The position numbers and the translations under genes are program-made. The notes beneath the pieces are model-generated. The model did not search any database, was not told where the DNA came from, and worked only from the letters and a program-made list of their open reading frames with translations. From Patescibacteria group bacterium (GTDB taxonomy: Bacteria > Patescibacteriota > Patescibacteriia > UBA10025 > JAHIVO01), in NCBI GenBank assembly GCA_049325535.1, contig JBMOKY010000001.1, forward strand, positions 749,942 to 813,941: a DNA stretch of 64,000 nucleotides. Direction: 5' to 3'. Below are positions 27,952-37,625 of the stretch, one piece after another; position 1 is the stretch's first letter; the number at the start of each line of letters is the position of its first letter.

Positions 27952-28001
27952 TGGACTCTCGACAGTCTACACACGTTGGTCGCTGTGGCGATCAACGTTT
28001 T

Positions 28002-28403
28002 TTATTTCTGCAAATGATCTTTCAGAGCCGCCAATCGGGTACGGATACTCCCGTCAACCACCACATCGCCAAATCGTACTTTCAATCCACCCATCTGCTC
28101 CGAATCAACCGCTGACCGCAATACTACCTTCTTGCCCAATACATTCTCCAAACTTTTGATAATCGATGCGGTCGTAACATGATCCATCTCCTGTGCCGTT
28201 GTCGCCGTCACTGCCACGATACCCTCCTGTTCATACGCGTACTGGCGAAACGCCGTCACAATCTTATCGGCCTGCGACAGCACACGATGTTCCTGCAGCA
28301 GTGCGACAAATGATTGCACGAGCGGGCTCACCTCAGACGACTTCTTTCCGGCAACCGATTCATATAAACTGACGGCGTATTGTCGTGGCGTGATTTTAGT
28401 CAT
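28002..28403 (-). CDS. atpH: F1 ATP synthase delta subunit (short, 133 aa)
   Basis: N- and C-terminal delta similarity (C-terminal …GGLKVRFGDVVVDGSIR.RL…). The middle region is shortened. Confidence 0.7.
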   Translation of the reverse strand: MTKITPRQYAVSLYESVAGKKSSEVSPLVQSFVALLQEHRVLSQADKIVTAFRQYAYEQEGIVAVTATTAQEMDHVTTASIIKSLENVLGKKVVLRSAVDSEQMGGLKVRFGDVVVDGSIRTRLAALKDHLQK

Positions 28404-28905
28404 TACTGTCAGAAGCTTTAGATATCGTATTCTGGATCAATGTCTGGTGCGTTTTGGGGTCCAATTCCTTTCCGATTACTTTCGCGCTGGCAGTCACGAC
28501 CAATTCAGCTAATTCTTGCTTAGCGTCTTTGAGCATCTGATCCTTCTCGGACAAAATCTCCTGCTTGGCGCGCTCGGTCATGCGTTCCATTTCTTCCCGA
28601 GTCTGGTGGAGTTTCGTCTCGCGGATTTTTTCCGCTTCAGTCATGGCTTGAGCCGCGATGATCTGCGCTTCCTTTTTCGCTTCGGTGACGATCTTTTCCT
28701 TTTCGACTTCAGCTGATTTCAGCTGTTCCTCGATGCGTTTCGCATCCGATAAGCTCCGTTCAATATCCGAAGATCGTTTATTCATCATCCGCATGATCGG
28801 CTTCAGGGCGAAAAAATACAGCACCGCCAGCACGATACCAAAATTGACGATCTGCGCGATCAGTAATTTCCAGTCGATGTGAAATGTTTGGACAAGTTCT
28901 TCCAT
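28396..28905 (-). CDS. atpF: Fo ATP synthase b subunit
   Basis: Single N-terminal TM plus long charged coiled coil. Operon position. Confidence 0.85.
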   Translation of the reverse strand: MEELVQTFHIDWKLLIAQIVNFGIVLAVLYFFALKPIMRMMNKRSSDIERSLSDAKRIEEQLKSAEVEKEKIVTEAKKEAQIIAAQAMTEAEKIRETKLHQTREEMERMTERAKQEILSEKDQMLKDAKQELAELVVTASAKVIGKELDPKTHQTLIQNTISKASDSND

Positions 28906-28985
28906 ATGAAATGTGATAATGATGGTAAATAATCAACCCACTGCAGCTGCCCAGACATTCATCTGAACAACTGCCAGTCAATCGA

Positions 28986-29285
<300 letters not shown>

Positions 29286-29297
29286 TTAATTAATCAC

Positions 29298-30194
29298 TTA
29301 ATGCTCGTCAGCGGCGGCGGCAACTGAGAAATACACCAGGGTCAGCATGGCAAATATCAGCGCCTGAATCAGTCCGACAACTACTTCCAGAAAGATAAAA
29401 GGTATCGGCAGGACAAATGCAAACAGTACTGCCATCGATGACAATAACACTTCACCGGCAAACACATTGCCAAACAACCGGAATGACAGCGAAGCGACCT
29501 TGGCGATTTCGCCGATAATCTCTATCAATCCGACAAAAAACTTTATCGGATTGACAAAAATCGTCGTCGGCTCCTTGCGTATCTTCATCGGCACTTCAAC
29601 CAGCGCCCGCACATTGATAAATTTATTGAAGTACTTCCACGCGCCCACAATAATAATGCCGAAAATATTTGAAGCAACCACCGAAAACAGTGCCAGTGCT
29701 AGCGTGGTATTCAGATCTGCGGTGGCCCCCCGGAAAAACGGAACAAATACCTCGTGGCCATCGTGCATCTCCAAAAAACCAATTGAGCCGATACCCGGAA
29801 TCAATCCCAGCCAGTTATTAACCAGAATAAACAAAAAAATGGAAAAAATAAACGGAAATACCTTTTGCGAGAGCACACGGCTACCAGTTACCGAATCGGT
29901 TAATTTCAGTGCGCCTTCAACGATAATTTCGAATGCGTTCTGGAGGCCGGCGGGAATGCGACGGATTTTCTTGCCAATGACAAATGCCAACACCGCTATG
30001 ATCAAAACGGTCATCCACGAATTGATCAGTGAATTGGTAATGGTGAAGCCGCCGACATGGGCAATCGGCTCGGCAAAAATTGTTACTTCGTGAGTGGTTT
30101 CTGTCTCTGCTGCGGCTGCGGAATCATGGCTACTCGTTTCCGTGGATACCGGTACTGCAGCATCATCATGAATTGTCGTCTCTGTTTCGGTCAT
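29298..30194 (-). CDS. atpB: Fo ATP synthase a subunit
   Basis: Subunit-a similarity including the conserved Arg region (…LSFRLFGN…). The N-terminal roughly 40 aa is acidic/Thr-rich. Confidence 0.88.
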   Translation of the reverse strand: MTETETTIHDDAAVPVSTETSSHDSAAAAETETTHEVTIFAEPIAHVGGFTITNSLINSWMTVLIIAVLAFVIGKKIRRIPAGLQNAFEIIVEGALKLTDSVTGSRVLSQKVFPFIFSIFLFILVNNWLGLIPGIGSIGFLEMHDGHEVFVPFFRGATADLNTTLALALFSVVASNIFGIIIVGAWKYFNKFINVRALVEVPMKIRKEPTTIFVNPIKFFVGLIEIIGEIAKVASLSFRLFGNVFAGEVLLSSMAVLFAFVLPIPFIFLEVVVGLIQALIFAMLTLVYFSVAAAADEH

Positions 30195-30468
30195 GCGTAA
30201 TTTTTTTCTTGATAACGTCTTTCTTCGTTCCTTCTACCTGCTTGATATATTTAGTACCGATACGAACTAAACCGGCCATAGTAAACATGAATGCCAATGC
30301 CGTCAATCCGAGATAAAACCACGGCGCGGAATCATATTTTTCATCCAGCCATTTCCCGAGAAACAACGCAGCGACGATCGGTACCACAATCCACCCGGTC
30401 ACTTCGGCAAAAACTGCCAGTGCTGGCTGCCACCAAGCCTTATCTGGTTGCTGTTTCGTTGTTTGCAT
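30166..30468 (-). CDS. AtpZ/AtpI-like small membrane protein preceding atpB
   Basis: Two TM helices. Position 5-prime of atpB as in many atp operons. Overlaps the atpB start by 29 nt. Confidence 0.5.
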   Translation of the reverse strand: MQTTKQQPDKAWWQPALAVFAEVTGWIVVPIVAALFLGKWLDEKYDSAPWFYLGLTALAFMFTMAGLVRIGTKYIKQVEGTKKDVIKKKITHDRNRDDNS

Positions 30469-30625
30469 CGGTCAAGTCAGGTAAAAAGAACAATTCTTCG
30501 CTAATATTAGTGAAATAATGTGGACAGATATCCACAATTTGGCCTTCATACTAGTACAATACACCAAATAAATCAAGACCCCCACTTTTTCAGAACGGCA
30601 AAAAAGACACCATTTGGCTAACCTT

Positions 30626-30643
30626 AGTACAATTCATATTGTA
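30626..30643. promoter_or_regulatory. Perfect inverted repeat GTACAAT-tcat-ATTGTAC in the divergent promoter region between the atp operon and gene 30725; second TAGTACAAT copy at 30552-30560
   Basis: Seen in sequence. TACAAT also fits a -10 hexamer. Confidence 0.35.
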
Positions 30644-30724
30644 CCAAATTGACTGACGATTTAATTATGGTACCGTTGGGTAATATCAAAAACAAAACTA
30701 CGACAAACCATTGGAGGTGGCACC

Positions 30725-31255
30725 TTGCACAAACAACCAAACTATTATCTGATCTGTATCCTGCTGGCATTCGCGGCAGGGATGCTCCTGGCGGCTATCT
30801 TCGGCATGCAACCGGTCGACATGACCAAACAGATCCTGCTTCTTGCCAGTGTATGCGTTATCGGTTCCGCAGTTGAATTGTTTCGAGCGCACGGTTGGCG
30901 AAAAAAACGGAAAAAGGAGTTTGCGTCAAACAAACTGACCATTACCGCTCATCCGGGCGGCGATATCCGCGTCATCCCCGCTCATGGCACGGCATGGACC
31001 TGTGCCAATTACAGCCGGGCGCTGACCATCACTGAAGCTGACGGTCGCTGTACCTACGCACTGATCGTCAGTAAACTCGATCAACAAGGGAAGTCGCTGC
31101 AGGCTCTCAGTATCGACGGCAACTGTCCGCCGGGTGATGACTGGACTACCGGTGAAATCTCAAATGTTTGTCTCACAGCCGGCGGCATCAGTTATACCGT
31201 CACCCATGAACGAAACGGTGTAAAAGAACAAGAAACCATCACCGTCAGCCGGTGA
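30725..31255 (+). CDS. Membrane-anchored hypothetical protein (TTG start)
   Basis: GGAGGTG SD 5 nt upstream of TTG. Two N-terminal TM helices. Confidence 0.5.
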   Translation: MHKQPNYYLICILLAFAAGMLLAAIFGMQPVDMTKQILLLASVCVIGSAVELFRAHGWRKKRKKEFASNKLTITAHPGGDIRVIPAHGTAWTCANYSRALTITEADGRCTYALIVSKLDQQGKSLQALSIDGNCPPGDDWTTGEISNVCLTAGGISYTVTHERNGVKEQETITVSR

Positions 31256-31268
31256 AGCAAGGAGGATC

Positions 31269-31529
31269 ATGTCATTCCGCACTACCACTCGGCCCTATCG
31301 GCTCCGTATCGACCGCCAGCACCAGCTGGCGCCCGAAACCCTCACCCCCAGTGCGCTGACGCGCATCCGCATCACTGCCGTTCAGGCGCGGCGCATCGAC
31401 ACTGGCATTCGCGTCAGTATCCGGAATGGAACGGAACATGCCATGGCTACCGCGCGGATTACCGCGCTGCATAGCTGTGGGAAAACGCACACGCTCCACC
31501 TGGAAATACTCCCCGCTCCGGAGCGGTAA
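31269..31529 (+). CDS. Hypothetical protein (86 aa)
   Basis: AAGGAGG SD before ATG. Co-oriented with 30725..31255. Confidence 0.5.
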   Translation: MSFRTTTRPYRLRIDRQHQLAPETLTPSALTRIRITAVQARRIDTGIRVSIRNGTEHAMATARITALHSCGKTHTLHLEILPAPER

Positions 31530-31552
31530 ACAACCATTTGTACAAACTATAT

Positions 31553-31598
31553 AAAAAACCCCACGCTGATCACATGAACAACGTGGGGTGAATTTTAT
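31553..31598. terminator. Bidirectional terminator (CCCCACG-16 nt-CGTGGGG; U-runs on both strands)
   Basis: Seen in sequence, between convergent genes. Confidence 0.65.
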
Positions 31599-31612
31599 CT
31601 GACGACGCCAGA

Positions 31613-32050
31613 TTAGGCTGCCTGCAGCCGCTCCAGGACTGCGGGATGATTTCTTTTCAGCCAAGTGGCTAAACCGCGAGAAAACTCGAGAATCGTCATC
31701 TCCAGATCCGCCCGAGGGTCGCCCAGAATCTGTATGTCCTGAAGATTATCGGTAGTGGGTATACGGGCAATCCGTCGCCGTGGAATTTTCGGAAGATTGA
31801 GCGCGTCTTCCAGAAACATGCACAGCGCAATCGGATCAGATGTACCGAATGAAATATCAATGAAGCGGTCGTCAGGAATACGAATGACCACCTGGTGAAA
31901 CGCCAAGGGCCTAAGCATCTGCATGCCAAAGCGCCTGCGCGGACGTGAATTGGTTGCCTGATTTTCCTGGCGAAAAAGGTAGCCGATAATAGCGCGAGCA
32001 ATGGCGCACTGCGCACCATGCACTGATTGATTCATGGCATATCGATGCAT
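31613..32050 (-). CDS. Hypothetical protein (145 aa)
   Basis: AGAGGT SD before ATG. Terminator lies downstream. Confidence 0.45.
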   Translation of the reverse strand: MHRYAMNQSVHGAQCAIARAIIGYLFRQENQATNSRPRRRFGMQMLRPLAFHQVVIRIPDDRFIDISFGTSDPIALCMFLEDALNLPKIPRRRIARIPTTDNLQDIQILGDPRADLEMTILEFSRGLATWLKRNHPAVLERLQAA

Positions 32051-32162
32051 GAAATGACCTCTTTCTTTTTGGGTACTTGCTTACTTTTCCTAGCGCCACC
32101 ATAGCGAAATCAGCGCAGCCCGTCAAGGCGGACCGCGTATCTGGAAACATGCTCAAGGTAGA

Positions 32163-33350
32163 CTAATCCCGAAAGAGAATCCCCTCTTTTGAATATATCC
32201 TGCCTGCCACAAAAATACCGGCAACAGCGAACACTAATAAGGAAATAAATGTAACGGCAACATGTGGCCAGTCATAAATTCCGAGTAGCACCTCTTTCAT
32301 GACAAATACGGCGTTCATGCCCGGTACGAGAAACATGATCAGACTCGGCTGAAAACTGGGAAGTGAATTGGCTATACCCACCGGCAACACCGCCAATAAA
32401 TAGAACGGTGAAATATAATTTTGCGCTTCTTTATAGCTTTTAGCAAATATTGCTACCGAGAGAAGTAAACCGGAAAACATGACGGCGAGTATCGCGCCGA
32501 TCCCCAGCATCACGCCGATCGCGCCTGGTGTCAGATTGATGACAATCTCACCTTCCATTCCCAGACTCGGGGTATAAAACCGAAACGAGGCGTACAATGA
32601 CGCCAGAGAAAGCACAATCGTCAGTACTGCCATCACGGTAACCGCCAGATATTTTCCCATGACGATTTTAAACCGGGAAATAGGTACCAACAGCAATGCC
32701 TCCAGTGTCTTGCGCTCCTTTTCCCCTGCTGATACGTCGATGGCCACATACATGCCGCCGACGATGGCAAAAATGACGATAAACATGGGCAGCAGAAACC
32801 CGACGAAGAAACCGCCGCGCTCCTCTGCCGTCGCGATGTCCTCAGGCTGCGGTGTGACACTCGTCATGATCTGAGGATCTACGCCCTTTTCCGTCAGCCG
32901 GCTGACCGCCTCGACCTGGTTAAATGTCTGCAGCACGGCCATCACTTTTGCCAGCGCCGTGCTCGAGTCAACTTTTGAGCTTTTATGCTTCACGACAAGC
33001 GTCGCGGGGACTTCGGCGTCAAGTGATGTTTGGAATCCATCGGGAACTTCGATGTAGATGGACACTGCCCCAGATTCAATATCAGCGGCGTAATCATCAG
33101 TTTCGACAAGTTCGATCTTGTCCTGCGCCATGAGATACTCCGTCAATGTCGGCGATACGATTTGGCTGCTTAATGCGACAACCGCTACTTTTTCCTCCGC
33201 TTGCGTGATCTGGTATTCCTGCAGTTTGAATGACCCGATCAGGATGATCGGCATGAGGATGATTGGCATGAGGATAGCCGTAGCAAGCGTGCGGCGATCG
33301 CGGATGTTATCCAGTAATTCTTTTTTACAAACGGTAAAAATCTCTTTCAT
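32163..33350 (-). CDS. ABC-2 family transporter permease (NatB-like)
   Basis: N-terminal TM, large extracytoplasmic loop and C-terminal 5-TM ABC-2 block. Follows the ABC ATPase gene. Confidence 0.8.
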   Translation of the reverse strand: MKEIFTVCKKELLDNIRDRRTLATAILMPIILMPIILIGSFKLQEYQITQAEEKVAVVALSSQIVSPTLTEYLMAQDKIELVETDDYAADIESGAVSIYIEVPDGFQTSLDAEVPATLVVKHKSSKVDSSTALAKVMAVLQTFNQVEAVSRLTEKGVDPQIMTSVTPQPEDIATAEERGGFFVGFLLPMFIVIFAIVGGMYVAIDVSAGEKERKTLEALLLVPISRFKIVMGKYLAVTVMAVLTIVLSLASLYASFRFYTPSLGMEGEIVINLTPGAIGVMLGIGAILAVMFSGLLLSVAIFAKSYKEAQNYISPFYLLAVLPVGIANSLPSFQPSLIMFLVPGMNAVFVMKEVLLGIYDWPHVAVTFISLLVFAVAGIFVAGRIYSKEGILFRD

Positions 33351-33351
33351 A

Positions 33352-34158
33352 TTATTTCCACCGGCTCAATAATCCTTTCTTTTTCGCGTTCATCAACGCG
33401 ATCTGTTTTTCTTCGGCCGCCGCTTGAGCCTCAAACATCGCCTCAGTGCCCACGATGCTGGTAAAGGCCGCCTCAAGATTTGACTGCTGGGTCTGGGCTA
33501 ACAGCTCTTTGACCGTGCCGACTGCTACCACCCGCGCACGGTGTATGATGGCCACCCGGTCGCACAATTTTTCCGCGTCAAACATATCATGGGTGGACAG
33601 CACCACCAATTTCTTCATAGTTCGCGCCTCCCGCATAAATGCGATAACCGTTTGTGCAGCTAATACGTCGAGGCCCGCCGTCGGCTCATCAAACATGATT
33701 ACTTTTGGGTCGTGGATGATAGAACGGCCAATGGCAACTTTCTGCTTCATACCGGTAGAAAATTTACCTGCCCGGCGGTCGGCAAACCGCTCCATATGCA
33801 AAATCCGAATCAATTCATCAATCCGATTCTCGAGTGACTCCCCACCCATGCCATACAGCTGGCCGAAGTACCGGAGGTTTTCTCGTGCCGTAAAGCGGTC
33901 ATACAGACCAATATCGGCGGTCAGTAAACCAATATTCCGCCGCACGTCTTCGGGCTGCTTCACGATGTCAAAACCAGCTACGGTTGCGGTGCCTGACGTG
34001 GGCTGCAGCACCGTCGCGATCACCCGGATGGTGGTTGTCTTCCCGGCGCCGTTTGGCCCCAATAATCCAAAAATTTCACCAGCATGCGCCTCAAACGACA
34101 CATTATTGACGGCGGTAAAATCGTTGAATTTCTTGGTTAATCCTTGTACTGAGAGCAT
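33352..34158 (-). CDS. ABC transporter ATP-binding protein (NatA-like)
   Basis: Walker A GPNGAGKTT, signature sequence FSTGMKQK, Walker B MFDEPT. Confidence 0.9.
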   Translation of the reverse strand: MLSVQGLTKKFNDFTAVNNVSFEAHAGEIFGLLGPNGAGKTTTIRVIATVLQPTSGTATVAGFDIVKQPEDVRRNIGLLTADIGLYDRFTARENLRYFGQLYGMGGESLENRIDELIRILHMERFADRRAGKFSTGMKQKVAIGRSIIHDPKVIMFDEPTAGLDVLAAQTVIAFMREARTMKKLVVLSTHDMFDAEKLCDRVAIIHRARVVAVGTVKELLAQTQQSNLEAAFTSIVGTEAMFEAQAAAEEKQIALMNAKKKGLLSRWK

Positions 34159-34161
34159 ACC

Positions 34162-34557
34162 CTACATGTTGAACATTTGATAAGGAAACCCATTAAACGT
34201 ATCGCCGATTAACTCGCGTATACTTCTACCCTGGCTGTGCGTGCCATAATAGATTTGAATAACGGCTTTTCCGACGCAATCCGGCCGGGGATGTACCGTC
34301 ACCTCAGTTCCGCCGCGCGCACCGATACCATCAACTAATGCCTGGGATTGATATACCAGTGCGGTTGTCTCTGCAGAACTGTGGAGCGCATCGCAGGCCG
34401 GTACCTGTGCCCAGGCGTTTGCTTGGAAATATACCACAGCCATCCAGATGATAAAAACGATGATGCCGACTCCCAGTGTACCCGTCACGCCAATCACCAC
34501 CCGCCAAAAAAATATCTGGCGCGGCGCTGGGTGAGACTGGATCGGCTTCTGTTCCAT
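34162..34557 (-). CDS. Small membrane-anchored hypothetical protein
   Basis: ORF in an operon between rmuC and the ABC genes. Confidence 0.45.
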   Translation of the reverse strand: MEQKPIQSHPAPRQIFFWRVVIGVTGTLGVGIIVFIIWMAVVYFQANAWAQVPACDALHSSAETTALVYQSQALVDGIGARGGTEVTVHPRPDCVGKAVIQIYYGTHSQGRSIRELIGDTFNGFPYQMFNM

Positions 34558-34563
34558 AGTAAT

Positions 34564-35637
34564 TTACTCATCCTTTGGCTTCGCTACCTCAAGCGGTTCA
34601 ATGCTCCCGCCGACTTCAGCGATTTTGAGCATATCCTTATCGACCTTTTTGAATTCTTTATAGGCAAAATTGTAGCTGCTGACGGTGGTGCCGAGATGCT
34701 GACCCAGCTTCTGCATGTACGTATCATAATTCGATAAATGCTTAGAAAGCAGCTCGACATTTTGACGGATTTCCTTGGCTGACTCTTCGATCTGCATAGC
34801 GCGCAAACCCTGCAGAACGGTTTGCAAATACGCTAAAAAGGAAGTTGGCGAAACTATAATAACATGGTATTTCCCCGCGGCTCGCTGTATAAGATTTTCC
34901 GTATCTTCTGCGACGGCGCCAACTTTATTTATCAATAAATCATAATAAATCGCTTCGTGCGGAATAAACATGAAGGCAAAATCCATTGTTCCCTCATTCG
35001 GCCGTACGTACTTGGCGGTCTCGGTAATGCGAAGTTTCAGATCATTCACAAACACCTTTTCCAAACGCTGATGTTCTGACGGGTCAGCTGTCGCCGCCAT
35101 GCGATTATAGTTTTCGAGGCTAAATTTTGAGTCTACGGGGATGATTTTATCCTTGACGAAAACAACGGCGTCAACAATCTCACCATCTTGAAATTTATAC
35201 TGCATCTGATAGGCATTCGGCGGCATGACATTTTTTAGAAGGGTTTCTAAATAATACTCCCCTAATACGCCCCGTTGTTTTGGATTTTTTAAAATATCCT
35301 GGAGATTACGCAGCTGATCAGCAAAACCAACCACCTGACGATTTGTTTCGTCCAGCCGGGTTAATTTCTCAGTCACTTGCTGGACTATTTTTGCCGATTC
35401 GCCGAATTGAGCCTGGATTGCCCGCGTCGAATCGGCCAATTTTAAGTCAACCGTTTTGGTCAGCTCCCCGCTCTGTTGGTGCAGCTGCGCGATACGCTCC
35501 TCCAGCCGCACCATTTTTTCATGCAAATCCTTGTCGATGCTCATATTGCCGCTGCCTTTGCGCAAGCTGAAATAAATCGACACCATGCCGCCTAAAATGA
35601 GGACCCCAATGATAATGGTAATGATATCCATGCCCAT
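34564..35637 (-). CDS. rmuC: DNA recombination protein RmuC
   Basis: N-terminal TM plus coiled coil. C-terminal RmuC signature (…GEYYLE.LL…MPPN…QYKF.DGEIVDAVVFV.DKIIPVDSKFSLENY…). The listed start is TTG; the first ATG is used. Confidence 0.8.
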   Translation of the reverse strand: MGMDIITIIIGVLILGGMVSIYFSLRKGSGNMSIDKDLHEKMVRLEERIAQLHQQSGELTKTVDLKLADSTRAIQAQFGESAKIVQQVTEKLTRLDETNRQVVGFADQLRNLQDILKNPKQRGVLGEYYLETLLKNVMPPNAYQMQYKFQDGEIVDAVVFVKDKIIPVDSKFSLENYNRMAATADPSEHQRLEKVFVNDLKLRITETAKYVRPNEGTMDFAFMFIPHEAIYYDLLINKVGAVAEDTENLIQRAAGKYHVIIVSPTSFLAYLQTVLQGLRAMQIEESAKEIRQNVELLSKHLSNYDTYMQKLGQHLGTTVSSYNFAYKEFKKVDKDMLKIAEVGGSIEPLEVAKPKDE

Positions 35638-35895
35638 AGTGTAGCGCTTTTCCTCCAATAAAACAATAAAAAAACCAGTTAAACCTATCTAAACTATTGA
35701 TAATAGTTATCCACAGTGGCTGACTTGTACCAGACCCACAATCAAGCTATACTGTAGTCACATTTCCCCCCTCCCTCAATCTTCTCTCCCCAACACACAA
35801 CAAAAAAACCAAAATCTCCCTCCCCTTCGCTCCTTCTCACACATCTCACACTCGTACACACACTCCCCTTCGTTCATTCTCTATCCAAATATATC

Positions 35896-35931
35896 GGCCA
35901 CCCTGCATATGCAACGGTGGCCACTTTTTTT
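35896..35931 (+). terminator. Orphan plus-strand terminator-like hairpin (GGCCACC-ctgcatatgcaac-GGTGGCC + T7) inside a 500-bp noncoding region
   Basis: Seen in sequence. No plus-strand gene lies upstream. Confidence 0.45.
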
Positions 35932-36159
35932 GTACCATGGTTCCGCGGCAAAAAAAAGCCCGCGGCGGGAGTGCCGTCGCGAGACTTAGGTTTTAAAGAA
36001 AATCACGTTCGATTCGAATGAACGATAGGGCGCGCGTCCGACATGTCGGACAGCCGCATATGTGTGCCATGAGTAGCGCTAATGTACAGCGCGGAAGCGG
36101 ACCGATTGTCGTCAGCAATCGGATGCTAGTGCCACACTCCATATGAACCTCCTCACGTC

Positions 36160-37005
36160 TCAGGCCTTCGGTAATCCAAAGAATTTTTCCGCATTTGCGG
36201 TAGTGATCGATGCTACTTCTTCAAATGTAACCCCCTTGATTTCAGCGACACGATCCGCCACATACCGCACATAGCGCGGCTCATTGCGCTTGCCGCGCAC
36301 CAGCTGCGGCGCTAAATACGGCGCGTCAGTTTCCACCATCATCCGGTCGAGCGGTGTTTTTTTGACGACTTCTTCCAGTTTGCGTGTTTTAGGAAAAGTG
36401 ATGATACCAGTAAAGGAAATCATCAGACCAGCGTCAAGGATTTTCTTCGCGATCGCCCAATCTTCAGTAAAACAATGCACCACCGCATTCGTGAAGCTCG
36501 CCTCTTTGACCAATTCCAGCATATCCGTGTACGCCCGCGATGGATCGGCTTTGGCTCCCCGCGTATGGATAATAATAGGTTTATTGATTTTCTGTGCCAG
36601 TTGGATCGCCTTGATAAATGTCCATTTTTGTTTCTGGATAAATTCATCATCGGCAATGCCCGCGGGTTTGTGAAAATAATCGATTCCCATTTCACCGATC
36701 GCCACTACGCCAGATTCCTGTGCCAGCTCGGCATAGTCATCCGCTTTGAATTCTTCCCGACGCGTATGAAACGAATCCTCACCCTCGTCCACATCCATAT
36801 CAAATAAATGGATCGGGTGCAGTCCGACCGCCGCATACATTTTGCCTGGATGTTCTGTGGCGAGTTTTACCGCCCGCTGGCTGGTGGAGTACTGAGAGCC
36901 GACATTGATCACCCGCAGACCTTCGGCAAGCGTACGATCGACTACCTCATCAAAATCGTACTTATATGCGGCAAAATTCAGATGGCAATGGGTGTCTATC
37001 AACAT
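36160..37005 (-). CDS. tatD: TatD-family metal-dependent hydrolase/DNase
   Basis: N-terminal DTHCH motif and TIM-barrel metal-ligand pattern. Contains an acidic insertion of about 30 aa. Confidence 0.85.
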   Translation of the reverse strand: MLIDTHCHLNFAAYKYDFDEVVDRTLAEGLRVINVGSQYSTSQRAVKLATEHPGKMYAAVGLHPIHLFDMDVDEGEDSFHTRREEFKADDYAELAQESGVVAIGEMGIDYFHKPAGIADDEFIQKQKWTFIKAIQLAQKINKPIIIHTRGAKADPSRAYTDMLELVKEASFTNAVVHCFTEDWAIAKKILDAGLMISFTGIITFPKTRKLEEVVKKTPLDRMMVETDAPYLAPQLVRGKRNEPRYVRYVADRVAEIKGVTFEEVASITTANAEKFFGLPKA

Positions 37006-37117
37006 GATTCTACGGTGGTACTAACCAATAACTTTACTTAATTAAGAATACCTTTGAATTCTAACACATCTCGCCCCATACCTACGCACAGCGACATGGT
37101 ATGGGTCGATCAGCATG

Positions 37118-37624
37118 CTAACCTACGATTTCTATCTTCAATGATTCGGGAACAAGCGGCGATAGTATACTGGCAATGGCCATAAAAAGTCCGGCAAGAA
37201 TTGAATTGTCGATGGCCTCATTGACCGTGGGCGACAACTGGAAATGGCTGGCGACGAAAAGCACCGTACCAATAACCAGCGCTCCTTCCACGAACCCCAG
37301 CATGGCTCCGCCCAGGCGATTTGCCGAACTGACGAACGGAAAGAATCGGAGCAATTTAAACCCGCGGTCAAACATTTTGGCTACCCAGCCCACCAGCTGT
37401 GTCGCGGCGATAAAGAGGACGGCAAATGCCGCGAATTCAGCCACATCGGGTTTGAGCAAAAATAGCTCAAAGAATGACGCTACTCCTTGATACAAACTCC
37501 CTGCCGCCAAAATACCCACGACCACTCCGATGATCGTGCCCAACGTATGGATAAATCCAAACCAAAAACCAGAGCCGATAAAACCGAGAAAAAGTAGCAG
37601 AATGATGAGATCAAGTGTGCCCAT
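37118..37624 (-). CDS. cvpA: CvpA-family membrane protein
   Basis: N-terminal DLIILLLFLGFIGSGFWFGFI pattern and 4 TM helices typical of CvpA. Confidence 0.65.
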   Translation of the reverse strand: MGTLDLIILLLFLGFIGSGFWFGFIHTLGTIIGVVVGILAAGSLYQGVASFFELFLLKPDVAEFAAFAVLFIAATQLVGWVAKMFDRGFKLLRFFPFVSSANRLGGAMLGFVEGALVIGTVLFVASHFQLSPTVNEAIDNSILAGLFMAIASILSPLVPESLKIEIVG

Positions 37625-37625
37625 A

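Noticed and set aside
33446-34180. 244-aa plus-strand ORF
   Set aside because: Antisense to the ABC ATPase with canonical Walker motifs on the minus strand.
35990-36030. tRNA-like T-loop sequence (acgTTCGATTCgaa)
   Set aside because: No acceptor or anticodon stems can be formed around it, and the preceding bases are not GG. Judged not a tRNA.
36080-36140. SRP-RNA-like motif (GGAAGCGG) in the rmuC-tatD spacer
   Set aside because: It lacks the flanking conserved helix-8 context (…GGAAGCAGCCAAGG…), so there is insufficient evidence for ffs.
37008-37117. Hairpin CCCATACC-16 nt-GGTATGGG between tatD start and cvpA end
   Set aside because: No U-run on either strand. Possibly structural but not supportable as a terminator or known regulatory element.
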